DNA of 64,000 bases, taken from the NCBI GenBank assembly GCA_964016885.1, contig OZ024743.1, forward strand, positions 97,030,001 through 97,094,000, written 5' to 3'. Shown here piece after piece: positions 12,700-29,410 of the stretch (position 1 is its first letter; each line of letters opens with the position of its first letter). The position numbers were made by a program, and so were the translations under genes. The notes beneath the pieces were generated by a model. It searched no databases, was not told the origin of the DNA, and was given only the letters and a program-made list of their open reading frames with translations. This DNA is from Eledone cirrhosa (Eukaryota).

Positions 12700-13730
12700 C
12701 CATGGTCAAGGCCTACTGTCTCTAAAGCTCCTTGGACTCAAGATCAACCCATACGAGTCCGAAGTGATAACCATTAGCTATGGTGAGGTCAAATTACACG
12801 ATGCCATACTCAACATACATCCCAACTTGTCTAGGGCTTGGCTAAAGCCCAAAGACACTGCCCGCATTGTCTGCTCTCCAATTCTCTTGAAAGCCATACG
12901 GGAAAGCCTGGAGACCTGTTGAGGATGACGGAGAGGTTGCGTCTCATTGATGCATACGTGGAGATCTTCCTTCTGAGGAGCTGCTTCACCCTTCCTAAAT
13001 CTTTGTTCACACTGCACTTTCTTGCAAATCGACTTGGTGAACACCATGCTACCATCTGGCGCTATGTGGAACTCTCTGCAATGTCAATTTCAACAGCACC
13101 GACTGGCAATATGTGAAACTCCCTGTGAGATTCGGTAGCTTCGAGATCTGATTTGCATCAGATATAAAATTGCCAGCCTACTTCTCCTCAATCTCCTCTA
13201 GTTGCACCATCATCAGCAAGGTCCTCAGCAACACTGCAGAACCTGATGTGAACCAAGAACTGGAGCAGTCGCAAGCCGAGTGGGTTAGTGAAGGCCTCTT
13301 CGTTCCCCACTAAACCATTGTAATTGGGACGAAATCAAGTGCAGATCTACCTTCAGCTGGGTAGATTCTGGTTTGAACCAACATCGCCTTGCCTGAATTT
13401 GTTTCGCTTCGCAGCCAAACAGAGGTGCATGGCTTAATTTGGTGCTCTTCTCATCAACCGGTATCCTTTATTGGTGATGACTGCCCTCGCATCGGAGTAG
13501 CCCAATGCCTCGGCCTCCGCATGTGTGAACCACATAAATGCCGTTATGAGCTGCCTTCGATGAGTTTGGCCTGCATTATGTCACCAGAGCGCAGTCCGGT
13601 TACCCCGACATGCCACTCTCAACAACATAATGAGAAGGAGCCTCAACACAGCCGGCTTCCTGTCACAATTTGAGCTAGTAGGTCTCGACCCTTGTGACGG
13701 CAAGTGCCCCAACGGAGGCATATATTCTTC
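12700..13730 (+). mobile_element. degenerate CRE-like non-LTR retrotransposon (restriction-like endonuclease region)
   Basis: Frameshifted peptides FLLRSCFTLPK, LPVRFG, RIGVAQCLGLRMCEPHKC and RHATLNNIMRRSLNTAG...GLDPCDGKCPNG (RH..LN and DGKRPDG-like motifs). Confidence 0.7.
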
Positions 13731-16271
13731 CTCAGATAGAGTGAAAGAATATTTAAGAGCGACCACCAGAAAGGGCGGGGAACAGCAGTTTGAATAATGT
13801 TTAAAAAAATTACCATAACTTGTTTTTTTCGTAGAAATATAATTCAAAGTTGAATTTCAACAGTAAATTCTATTTATTTCATATTTTTTTCTTAGAATGG
13901 TTTTTATTATCAACACTTTTATCACAAATACGAATTTCAACTTTTACCGGAAGATTCTCTCCACCCCAATGAAACTTAAATGAATGGGTCAATCAGAATG
14001 ACGTTTGTTGAAGTGAAAACTCAAGACTTAGAGGTCTTAGCTATGAAAACAATCAACTGAACTATAAAAATTTCCAAATATTTCTTGGTTAAAAAAAAAA
14101 AATTATTCTTATTCCCGCATTTCATCAATTTTTCTCGATTCATTAAAGAATAATTATCCTATCATTCCATATACGAAGAAATATTAATATGGCAACATGT
14201 TATATGTCATACAGAATATTAAAAGATATGTGAAATGTTCAGTCTAATTTGTATGACGTTCATATATTTGCCGACGTAATTAAATAAAACAACTTTTAGC
14301 CCTAGATGGGAATGTCATATACACGATGGAAATTTACTTGAAAAGTATAAATTTCAAGTTTGATAACAAAAAAAAAAAAAAAAAAAATTGCATGCTAATT
14401 TTCACAACGAACGGACTTGAAATTCATTGAATTATATATTTTTTATCTTTAATATTTACAAAAGAATGGCACATAAACTAGATTAAATAAGACTAAATGT
14501 GTGTGAAAAATACTTTTACCTTGTTTATTGTTTATTACTCTTTTACTCTTTTACCTGTTCCAGCCATCCGGCTGAGGCCATGCTGGGCACCGCCCTTGAC
14601 TCGGATCGCTGGATTCTGAGTCCAGCGTGCTAACCATTACATTTTTTGTTTTGTTCGGCACCATTCCACTGAAATTCAACATTGTAGTTGCATGCGTAAC
14701 TGGATCAACAAAGAATTCAATGAATGATTGACTGTGTTGCAAACCAATTTGACTGATGGTGTTGTATGGCGCCAGGCGATCGCTTGCAACTGCTGTTTCT
14801 GCTAAAATATAGGAGCTACAGTATATCTCACATTGTTGCTGTCATTCTATCATCTACTGCTACCAGAAATCACATTTAAGAACAAACACTGCGAGTGTGC
14901 TGGCTTGCCTCAAAAATCATTAGAGAGGTTGCCCTGTACTCCTCGCGACATTGCTGTCTTTTGCTCTGGTGGTGGCTTGGCTGTTCATCCCTTCCTTTAC
15001 ATTTTATTTAATATTGTAACATTAAAAGAATATATCTTTCTGAAAGAATCGCGAGCAATCTATAATGTTATCTAAGCATTTGTAATGTTATTTATGTATA
15101 TATTTAAAACATATTTGTTATGTTATTATACTGTAAATTTATTTATTATGCTCTGTATAATAAAAATGTAAGAACAAACTTCAAAATCGCAATTAAAGAA
15201 AACCTACATTGTACTTAAATTTGATAGCTGCCTTCTCATTCATTTCTTCAATGAATTTTGATAAAATGTTCTGTGCATGTATCTCAACAGCAGTTCATTC
15301 AGTTCCCTATAACTGCTGGTGTCAAATTCAAATTCAAAGTTTATATATTCCATACGTCCAATAACACTCGAGATTGATGACTTGCAGAAGAAAACGTTAT
15401 CCTTGGGAAAATGTGTTTACAATGACAATTTCGTTCGACAAACTTATTTGGTTCACCGCCGGAGGCATTCTTGTATGATGTTTATCTTCAGATTTTCAGT
15501 GAGCTTTATACCATCAGTACAGCCAAGATGAAGTCAAATGCGTTGAAGGAGGTGATAGTTATGAAGAAAACCAATCGTATCTTCAAGTATTTGGTCTTAA
15601 TTGCTGTATCCTCTGTCAAAATTTGATCGGCCAATTAACTTAATTTTCATTAAGGAAAGAACATTCTGATTAAGATTAAAATAGGTGTTGATACTTAGCT
15701 GTTTGCACGTTGATTTAATAAAGAAATATATTGTTTCGTTGATCGAACTTGATGGTCTAAATTTGGTTGTCGAGATTGATGGTCCATTTTTTAAATATGT
15801 TTATAACCGCAGGCATGGTTTGTGGTTAAGGAGTTTACTTTACAATTTGGAATTCAGTCCCCCTGAGGGAACGTTAGGCAAGTGTCTTCTATAGCCTCGT
15901 TTTGACTAATGCCTTATAAATTAACTTTGGTAGACGAGATTGCGTGGATGCCTGTTGTGTGTATGTATCAGTGGCGAAGGGTAACCTGGAAAGCAGGGCA
16001 TGCAGTCCAATCGACATGGCGGAAAGTGGAGCTGTGCAGCCTTACCCCCCCCCCCATTCCCTCTAAATGACCTTCCCAGTTAAAGCCGCATGTAGTGTTA
16101 TCTAGTGTGTGTGTGTGTGTGTGTTATCTTTTTATGTGTCTACGATTTAGCAAGCAGCCAAAATTCTGCTTGCTTCAACCGACGCAATTGATCAACTCAA
16201 GATTCTATAACACATGCACTGCATACGTTGCATGCACGGACCCTTTGCCCCTGGTATATATATATATATAT

Positions 16272-16436
16272 ATAATGAAGGAAGTGTGGTAAGGAACCAG
16301 GTGGACCATAATGCACCAGAGTACTCGATAGTTTGGGTAGTAGAGTGGGTAATAGGAAAAGAGTCAGGACCCCAACGGCAGAGCTCAAGCCGTCAAAACG
16401 GCTTGAGCTCTGCCGTTGGGGTCCTGATTCTTTTCC

Positions 16437-16438
<2 letters not shown>
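16272..16438 (-). mobile_element. short fold-back element in (TA)n (PLE-like 3' end)
   Basis: About 40-bp near-perfect hairpin aggaaaagagtcaggaccccaacggcagagctcaagccgt-caaa-acggcttgagctctgccgttggggtcctgattcttttcct. Second copy at 54923-55118. Confidence 0.65.
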
Positions 16439-16488
<50 letters not shown>

Positions 16489-16599
16489 CATATACATATA
16501 TATATACATACATATATATATATATACATACATATATACATATATATATACATATATATATACATATATATATATATACATATATATATACATACATAT

Positions 16600-16646
<47 letters not shown>

Positions 16647-16666
16647 CATATATATATACATACATA

Positions 16667-16698
<32 letters not shown>

Positions 16699-16763
16699 CA
16701 TACATATATACATACATATATATACATATATATATACATATATACATATATACATATATATAC

Positions 16764-16819
<56 letters not shown>

Positions 16820-16875
16820 CGTTTCTGAATTTGGTGCGTGTGTTTCTTATTGGCAACATGACCCTCCCAAAGTAT

Positions 16876-16961
<86 letters not shown>

Positions 16962-17004
16962 TCTATATATATACACATATATATATATATATATACATAT
17001 ATAT

Positions 17005-17543
17005 AGTTAAAAGAATAGAGGTGTAACACACAAGTTATTATATATAGGTAAACGGAATAGAAAATGCTGACAAATTGTTCACAGTTGAAAAATGGTTTAA
17101 TTGGGAATAAAAGAGTATTAGTGATTGTATGGGTTAGTATTCAGTTGTGGTTTTAAGTTTTTAAGTTTTTACCGGTTGCGCATTTCTAAATGCTTTTCAA
17201 AAATAATTTTGAGATAGAGTGTCCGTGCTGTTTGCTCTGATCTGATTAGTTTTGGGAATTCTACCTGTTTTTATGTTAAAAAAGTGGCTCCAGCGCTACT
17301 TTGGTGTTGCAAAAATTATTGTGGTCAAAACAATTTTGATTGGTCGGTAGAGGTCATGTGAATGTAAAAAATTGATTTTGCGCCAAGACTGTTTTTATGT
17401 TAAAAAAGTGGCTCCAGCAAAAATTCTTGGTCAAAATAATTTTGATTGGTCGGTAGAGGTCATGTGAATAAAAAATTGGTTTTGCGCCAAGATTGAGAAA
17501 TGACTCTTTCACAACAAATATGTGTGTGTGTCTGTGTATATGT

Positions 17544-17581
<38 letters not shown>

Positions 17582-18082
17582 TAGTAGTAGTAGTAAGGTG
17601 TTCGATGCTGCGACAATGGCCAGCAGCGATGTGTGTCAAATGGCTATTAAGATAAGTGTGTGTGTGTGTGTGTGTGTATAGCAGAGTGATTCGTGGTGGT
17701 AGGGATGGTAAGTAAGAATGTGTCTGAAAGCAATGGGGCGTATTTTAGCATGTCAAAAGATAAGTGTGTGTGTGTGTGTGTATAGCAGAGTAATTTGTGG
17801 TGGCAGGGATGGTCAGTACGAATGTGTCTGAAAGCATGTCAAAAGATATTTTTCAGCTTTTGTCTTATACCCAGCGCATCAGCAAGGAATCTTACTTCAT
17901 TAACAAATACGGACCCCGTCTAAACACTTCTCCCTAAGACGAACCCACAACATACACACGTCAACATACATACCTACTACATCACCACACATCTCTACCC
18001 ACATATAAACACAATGACACACGTAAACACACATGCTCTATGGTGCAATACAGGGAAATATATGTGCATATATATGTATGTA

Positions 18083-18131
<49 letters not shown>

Positions 18132-18355
18132 AATATATGTATGTGTATATATATATAGTGAATATCATTTCACACCTTTTATTGTTAAGATTATTGATGT
18201 TCTATTAATAGAACCGATTTTACTGAAAAAATCGAATAATGTACACCATTTTACCAGGGGGAAAATAATACTGGTCCACCCTCACACACACACACACGTG
18301 CGCACTTCTCCGTATAAGACAAAAGCTGAAAAATATCTTTTGACATGCTAAAATA
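17005..18355 (-). mobile_element. Penelope-like element with 5' inversion (same family as 30740-32568)
   Basis: 17005-17870 aligns to the 30740-31480 region. 17868-18355 is the inverted upstream part encoding TQRISKESYFINKYGPRLNTSP* (EN C-terminus). HHR variant at 17166-17204. Confidence 0.8.
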
Positions 18356-18453
18356 TATGTATGTATATATGTATGTATATATATATGTATATATATATAT
18401 ATATATCTATATATATGTATATATATATGTATATATATATGTATATATATATG

Positions 18454-20232
<1,779 letters not shown>

Positions 20233-20233
20233 A

Positions 20234-20539
<306 letters not shown>

Positions 20540-20572
20540 TATGTATATACATATATATATACATATATATAC

Positions 20573-20603
<31 letters not shown>

Positions 20604-20604
20604 C

Positions 20605-20705
<101 letters not shown>

Positions 20706-20780
20706 TATACATATATATATACATATATATATATACATATATATATACATATATATATATATACATATATACATATATAC

Positions 20781-20821
<41 letters not shown>

Positions 20822-21080
20822 TATATACCGAAACGTCGTCCTCCACCTACCCCCCACTCTCCTATGCGTGAATTTAATAAACATTTATCGTACTGCCTCT
20901 CTGTTCTGTCCCTGTTCAATTTTTCATTATATATATATATATACATATATACATATATATATACCTATATATATATATATAAATATATATACATATATAT
21001 ATACATATATATATATATAAATATATATACATATATATATACATATATATACATATATATATACATATATATATACATAT

Positions 21081-21802
21081 AGTATTTTCCGTAGTGTTGT
21101 AATACGAATATTACACACAGCAGATGGACAGCTCACGTAGGGTTTGCTCGACGGTTCCAGTTGTAGTTTCAAAAGTAATCCGGAGAAAATAGAAGGATTT
21201 AAATGGATACAGTTCAGTAAAAGGAATTTATTGAAACGTGTTTCAATAACAGTTATATAACCTGAAAACAGCTGCTATCTACAAAGTATTAATTATGCAG
21301 ACACTCAATATTTCAATGTTATTTTCAACTATCATTTCATCAGAATAATCTCATTGAGAACTTGTTTTGTTTTTATAGAGAATATTAATAGGGAGGCGTG
21401 AAATTAGAAGAATAGTTAAGGGAGTGTATAGGAATTTTTTGATAGCAGTGGGTAATTAGATTCCCATCTGTTGTTTTGACATTTTTATAGAATACATTAT
21501 TTGGCGTTGGTTATTTTTCTAAATCTATAGAAGGATTAGAGATAGTAAAGATATGCATGGTTGGTTTTGTGTTTGCACTTAATTAACATACAGACTTAAA
21601 TTTTTCTTTCAAGTGTGTGTATCCGTTTGCCCACACATAGATATATGTGTATATATATTTATTTAAAAAAAAAAACATACACATTCACACACATACATAT
21701 ATGCACACCTCTACAAATACATACACTCACATACACATACTAACATGCTCATACTTACATACATACTAACATGCTCATACTTACATACATATATACATGT
21801 AC

Positions 21803-21834
<32 letters not shown>

Positions 21835-21934
21835 ATGTACCCACATACGCATTCATGTATATACACTTTCATACTCTACTTATCTTCATATACACACATA
21901 TATAGACACACATATATACATACATATTCCTGTC

Positions 21935-22004
<70 letters not shown>

Positions 22005-23482
22005 CACATATACATGAATACACATACATTTAATTATAAACATCAAATATATATATATATATATATATATATACACTCATTCACTTATTTATATACATTT
22101 TCACCTATATACATACATATGGTCGCTTTTAGACACATTCATTATACCATATTCGCACCTATTCTCACCACCATATTTATCCATTATTAGTGTGATAATT
22201 TAAGGTTATTAATAGTACATATATATGTTGAGAAGTGATTGTTTTTATATTTTTCTAACTAGATTGAGGATTTGTATAGTTGGGAGGATGTCCCTCGTTT
22301 ATGTAATATTCAGCTTGTAGTGGGAAAAAGGGTTTTAGTTCGGCGACGGCAGAATAATGTTCGTTCGATTCTGTTATTAAGCAGTTTCTTCTTGTGTGTG
22401 ATTATGTAATAAATCTCAAGATTACATAATTTGCAGAAATTTTGGCTCCTGGAAAAGCTTTGGGTTTTAGCTAATTTCTCCCATTTTAGGGTAAACTTTT
22501 GATCGCTATCCTTGAGTGTCCAAGCTTTTTCTGCTAAAGTTGTTACATTTCTTTGGCTCAGGTGTTTTATTGAGTAAGAATGCCTATACAATCGAGATTT
22601 AAACGATGTTGCCGTTGATCCCACGTAATACCACTCGTTGCCCCCGGATTCAATGGTACACTTATAGATGATATTTTTTTCAAGGCAGTTATTGCCGAGG
22701 GGGCAATTGTCAGGATAGGTGCAGTTGCAGTTGTGTACGTTGGTTTTGTAGTTAGGTTTACTCTGGAGTAGTATTGCGGACGAACTTAGGTGTGGTTTAT
22801 TTATGTTCTGTAGTGTATTGTCTACTGTTTTTTTTGTGCTCTTTGTACTTAAGTTTTTAGTGTTTTCGTTTAACCTTCTAGTATTGATCTTTTTTATGTG
22901 TTGTTCATGGTTTAACGCTGTAGAATATGACAGTCTTATAGTGGTAGGGTTTAGGATTTTGTGGTATTTGTGTGATGTTTCCTAACTATTTTAAAGAAGA
23001 GTACTGGTAAATTTGTACTAATGGAACTATTGTATCCAGGGTTATACCATAAGCACTCTTTGCATCGCTTTCTATTAGTTTTGTTTGTTGGTTTACTGGT
23101 GTGTACACTATGGTAGTAAGTGTGGTTTGGTGTTGTGTTATTATTTCGACCTATGTGGGATTTATTTTGGGTGTTTTGATTGTTTTCATCTATATATTCT
23201 ATTTTTACCCACTAATTACCCACTGCTATCAAAAAATTCCTATACACTCCCTTAACTATTCTTCTAATTTCACTCCTCCCTCTTAATATTCTCTATAAAA
23301 ACAAAACAAGTTCTCAATGAGATTATTCTGATGAAATGATAGTTGAAAATAACATTGAAATATTGAGTGTCTGCATAATTAATACTTTGTAGATAGCAGC
23401 TGTTTTCAGGTTATATAACTGTTATTGAAACACGTGTCAATAAATTCCTTTTACTGAACTGTATCCATTTAAATCCTTCTAT
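21081..23482 (-). mobile_element. Penelope-like element with GIY-YIG endonuclease remnant and about 270-bp inverted arms
   Basis: 22310-23100 (-, one frameshift) reads RKRCKECLWYNPGYNSSISTN...TIRLSYS...CNCTYPDNCPLGNNCLEKNIIYKCTI...YYVGSTATSFKSRLYRH...CKLCNLE...LLNNRIERTLFC. 21190-21459 is inverted at 23211-23482. Confidence 0.9.
23323..23443 (+). ncRNA. type I hammerhead ribozyme with long stem-II insertion
   Basis: TTATT CTGATGA AATGATAGTT-(72 nt)-AACTGTTATT GAAA CACGTG TC AATAA. A mirror copy lies at about 21229-21349 (-). Confidence 0.65.
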
Positions 23483-23516
23483 ATATATACATATATATAT
23501 ATACATATATATATAC

Positions 23517-23547
<31 letters not shown>

Positions 23548-24097
23548 CTGTATATATATATATATATTGTGTGTGTGTTAATACATGTGTGTGCTTGTGC
23601 CTGTGTTTACTGTTTGATTATGTTCAGTAACGCAGCGATTCGACAAAAATAGATCGATATATTAATCTTGAAAAAAAAACTACTGGATTCGATATGACTA
23701 AAATTCCGACAGTTGTGTGCCCCAGTATGACCGCAGTCTAATCACTGAAACCGGTAAAAGAGTAAAAGAATGTTTGCTTTAAATGATTTCTTCCAGTACA
23801 ATTATGGAAATTATGAAAGATTCAATAGCTCTACCTCACAGTTATGACACCATCAACAACAAATACTGATGTGTCAACGGCAAAAACCAGTCGGTCTCTC
23901 AGCTCGTATCGATCGATATAGATGCTGAAATTCTTGTTTCTGCTTGTCTCTTTCCTTTTTACAACTGGTATCTGAAAATGGCAATGTTTAAAAACTAGCT
24001 ATACTAGTTTTGTTTTTCCTTTGCTTTCTATATTTTTGTTTGTAATTTTAGTAGTTAACTCTTTTCGGATTGAAATGTTTTCAGCCTTCTATATGGT

Positions 24098-24570
24098 TTA
24101 TCCAATTAATATACACAACTTAGTGAGGAAACAAGTAGCTACAAGAAATGCCACAAGTAGTATTCGCCAGCAGAAAACAGGATATGTCTTATCACGATTC
24201 CTCTCATTCACCGTACATTCAACGCCATTGATGTTGGGATCTGAAGAAAATATCGATCTTCTGCCAGTGATAACGGTCATGATGGACAAAAAATATAAAA
24301 ATGAAAAAATAAAACGATAAAACTGATGTAATTCACAATAGACTGACTTTGCGCCGAATAAACTTATAGAATGGTTTGCAAACTCAAAAATAGAATATCT
24401 ATCAAAGTCTACACAGATGAATGTGGCAGCTGATGCCATGATGGTAATACGTTTAATAAAACCTAGTAGTCTGCATGCTAAAGCATCAGACATAAGGATC
24501 AAACATTTAATACTATTACTGGCTATATCAAGACGTCCAAGCGAGAGAAAAGGTAATAATTAGCAGTAAG
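24098..24570 (-). pseudogene. class A (rhodopsin-like) GPCR pseudogene fragment, TM2-TM5
   Basis: TANYYLFSL (TM2 start, then frameshift) ...GRLD; DALACRLLGFIKRITIMASAATFICVDFDRY (TM3 Cys and DRY); hydrophobic TM4; ECL2 Cys (GVECTV); TM5 YPVFCWRILLVAFLVATCFLTKLCILIG*. Stops and a frameshift are present. Confidence 0.6.
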
Positions 24571-25224
24571 TGGCTAATTGTTAGAGCATCAAATTAAATA
24601 CGTCAAGTTATTTGTTCCTGCTGTGCTCTGAGTTCAAATTTTACCGCAGTCAATTTTCTCTTAACTTTTCAGTATGCATAAAGTATCAGTCACGTGGATT
24701 CGTGGAATTGTTAGTGTTAGACATGATAGATTGTGATATCTCTTACAGCTCTTTATGTTTTGTGTTCGGTATCGGCCCTTGCTTGTCGCTTACAAAGCAT
24801 TTATGGCATGGAAAGAAGAGACTTGCAAACATTGACAACTGCTAGTCGTCCACTCACAGAAACGACTTTGTCCAGTCATGCGCATTTGAGAACTTTCTAG
24901 GCGCAAACACCAACTCATGTTCAGACATAACCGATGATGATCTACCAGTGATATTTGAAATTGTGGAGTACTAGATGGATCAATTAGGTGGAATAGTATT
25001 CAAGCCAGAGTTTTAAAGTTGTTTCTGTAATGAAAAAATAACGTTCTACCATCTGAATCTATTTGATAGCATATATGACCCACTAAGAAAACGATCCACT
25101 TCTTATATGCGAAGTTGAACTATGTTTTAGTAAGATATTTACCTGTAATTACATAAAACCTTAAAAACCCTTCTTTGAATATTCCTTGTTGAATTGGCGT
25201 TCATACGTCTTATGTAAAAGGAAA

Positions 25225-25380
25225 TATTTGTTTCTACTTTTGGCACAAGGCCAGCAATTATCCCAGTGCATTACTGGTACTTTATTTTATCGACCCTGTA
25301 AGGATGAAAGGCAAAGTTAACCTCCGCGGTATTTGTACTCTGAATGGCCGTAACTCTATGCATCAAAGCATGGCGTATGT
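25225..25380 (-). mobile_element. SINE family B
   Basis: ttgtttctacttttggcacaaggccagcaattatcccagtgcattactggtactttattttatcgaccc core. Confidence 0.75.
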
Positions 25381-27205
25381 ACCAGGAAATATGTTAATAT
25401 CTTAGAACTGTGAAATTATTGAATATTTTGTTAGTTTGCAATATTAAATTCATTCAATTACCCCTGCGTGAGATTGAGCCACATTCTACCAAGAGAAAGA
25501 TTTGTCTCTCTTCTGCTTAACACTTCAATCACCAGTGAACCAATGATGATGATGGTGGGATCTAAATCGTTGCTCAGGCCACTGGAAATAGTAATTAAAT
25601 CTTGCAGCTGTTGGTGAAAAGAATATATTGGATGATGTGATTGCTCAAGAAGTGTTAATTTGGGGCTAAACAAGAAGTACAAAAGACAAGGATGAACTGG
25701 CTCAATAAGAGGTTTAACTTATAATTAATTTAGCCATCACCAATGAAGCTGGTGAAGATAAGTAATTGTAAGAATAAAATTGTATAAAACGTGTGGTTTA
25801 CCGTCATGCTAATGTGACAAATACAACTAATATTGACATCGGATTAAATGTTTTACCGTATTTATTCCTGTTCCTTGCATTCTGTGTTGAAATGCCGCTG
25901 AGGTTAACTTTGCCTTTCCTTCTTGGGTCATTAAAGTGCCACTCTGGGTTTGGTGTATTTTCTGAGTTCAAATTTCACCTCCTGTCACTGGTTGACGCTT
26001 CTGCTAGGTGCTGCGATAGACAGTGTCAGAAATGCAAACAACAATGGAAGCATTGTTTTCTTAGTTTGATTTAGATAGATATTCAGTTTCCTTTTTTGTG
26101 ATAAACCGATATATTTTGATCAGATAAGAGCTTTATATTTACACAAGGGAACCCTTGTGTCTTGCACGACAACACCACCTATCTAATTGTCCTGTTTTTA
26201 ACTACATCTTAGATCAATATTTCCTGTTAGACAGTGCTCTCAACCCACATTCAAATCTGGTTCATTTATATATCTCACATTCTTTTCCTCTGTGCATTAA
26301 TGACATAGACGGTGTCACCACCACACACGCTTTTGCACCGAAACAAAATAATGCAAGTAATGTACCACCATCACACAAGTATACTAGACGAACACAACTC
26401 TCTGTTACTCGTTATTCTTACTGTATACCGCAATACACAATCTTCCTAGTTATTTCCCTTTAGATCCTCAACCTTCAGACATTTCCTCAGCAGCCATGAT
26501 TTCCATACAGTCATCAATTTCAAAGTGAACTTCAACAGTTTCAGTCTCAGGATTATGGGCAGCATTAGTTTCTTCCTCCACCAAATAACTGTTAACGTTG
26601 CTATTTATGCAGGGGGCCAACTCTATGTTATTGATCACCGTGACGTAGCCTCAGCAAGATTGTTTAATGTATTAATACCATCCGTTTAGCTTTGTTTTTT
26701 CTGCTAAGCTTGGTGTAAATATAATATTAAACAGCTAACCTCATTATGTAAATGATTCACTTGCAACTAACACCATTATGTAAATTAGCTTACTCAACCA
26801 TAAGGTGAACAATATTTTATGGCTCTAAGATGTTAATTTCTTGGTTGAACGTACGTTAAGTCTGGTGATGATATTACAAAATTGTCATTCTGTTATTTTT
26901 ACCATTTATCTCCAACTTGCTACTCCTATATCTTTTTCTTTCTATTTTATTTTACTTTCTTTTATTTCTTACATATCTCTATTTTTGTCACTCTCTACCA
27001 GTCTATTTTTTTTATTGATATATATAGTTTGTCAAAGAGACTCCTCCCAACAAATGAGTAGTCCTCTGGCAGCAGAACCGCACCAGAGGCAGGAGGCTTC
27101 CGAAACTTTTTGGGATATCAGCAAATTTACAATAAATAGATAATTCTCTCCTCTTACCCTTCACCAAGATATTTGATGTATGTGTATGTATATTATATGT
27201 ATATG

Positions 27206-27244
<39 letters not shown>

Positions 27245-27270
27245 ATGTATATATATGTATGTATATATAC

Positions 27271-27314
<44 letters not shown>

Positions 27315-27430
27315 ATATATATATATATATAAATGAAGTATTTCCGTAAGAAAGATAAAGGAAAAGAGAGTGCTCTATGTAGGCTACAGAGCTTTTTAAT
27401 TATGTAATAAACAACATAAGATAATTATTT

Positions 27431-27488
27431 CATTTACCAGTGGTTTCTTGAAGACAGATATTTATGCCTGTCTTCATTCATCAGAATA
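27431..27488 (-). ncRNA. type I hammerhead ribozyme in a TA-flanked PLE 3' end (27331-27490)
   Basis: TATT CTGATGA A TGAAGACAG...CTGTCTTCA A GAAA CCACTGG TA AATG. Homologue at 45061 shows compensatory stem changes. Confidence 0.75.
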
Positions 27489-27545
27489 AATATATATATA
27501 TACATATATATATATAGGTTTTAAACCCAATATATATATATATAT

Positions 27546-28544
<999 letters not shown>

Positions 28545-29410
28545 GCAAAATACCGTCAAAGCGGCGTTGGGTAAAATATCACCTCGAAGGACAGAGATGA
28601 GCGGCTAGATGTGACTTGACTCGACTCGAAGGAAGGAAGAAAAGATAAGAAGGAGGAAAAGGGATGGATGAGAGTGAACAGGTCACACACATTGAAATAT
28701 GCTCTTCAGATCTCAACCTCCTGCAGTTTAGACAAATTAATGAGATTACTGCGGGGAAAGTGAAGGCGCGTGGCTTAGTGGTTAGAGCATTGGGCTTGCA
28801 ATCGAAAGGTTGTGAGTTTAATTCTCAAACCGGGTGATGTGTTGTTTCCTTGAGCAAAACACTTTATTTCACGTTGCTCCAGTTTACTCAGCTGTAGAAA
28901 TGAGATGATAGGGTTTGGGGTCCATATCATTAAATTACCCAAGACACCTCCAACGAGATATACCTTGGAGGAGGCCAGCTAAACTTGTATAGGTGTGAGC
29001 TGTCGCCGCACACAATAGGGGGCTCGTAACGGAGAAACAAATATCTTGGTTCATATAATGTTTGTGTTGGGACAGGTTAGAGGAAGAGGGAGTGTGTCTG
29101 ATCGACCCCAAGTCATCGCGAGAAAGGAAGAATGTTGGCGTCAGTAGAGCTGACCTGTAGAAGGGAGAGAGGGGGGAGGGAGAAGAAGGTGACAGTGGGA
29201 GGGAGAGATAGGAAGCAGTGAGAGAGAATGGAGGTCTCTCTCTAACCTGTCCCAACACAAACATTATATGAGCCTCCTTCCAGGTAATATTTTACCCAAC
29301 GCCGCTTCGACGGCATTTAGCGGTTCTAACAGCTTCCATACGTCCAGTTTTCCCATTTCCCTGAGAACCTAAATACACTCGCGTCTCAAAAATCTATTTT
29401 AGAGTTAATT
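28545..29410. mobile_element. TA-flanked element with inverted segments, interrupted by SINE A (28765-28930, +)
   Basis: 28547-28591 is inverted at 29276-29318, and 29051-29082 is inverted at 29240-29271. Confidence 0.5.

Noticed and set aside
25458-25682. GPCR TM7-like DPxII segment (also DPVTH at 14551-14742)
   Set aside because: The motifs are too short and degenerate and have no supporting TM6. They cannot be called without an HMM search.
28765-28840. tRNA gene
   Set aside because: It is the head of a multi-copy SINE with no complete acceptor stem, and it continues into the SINE core.
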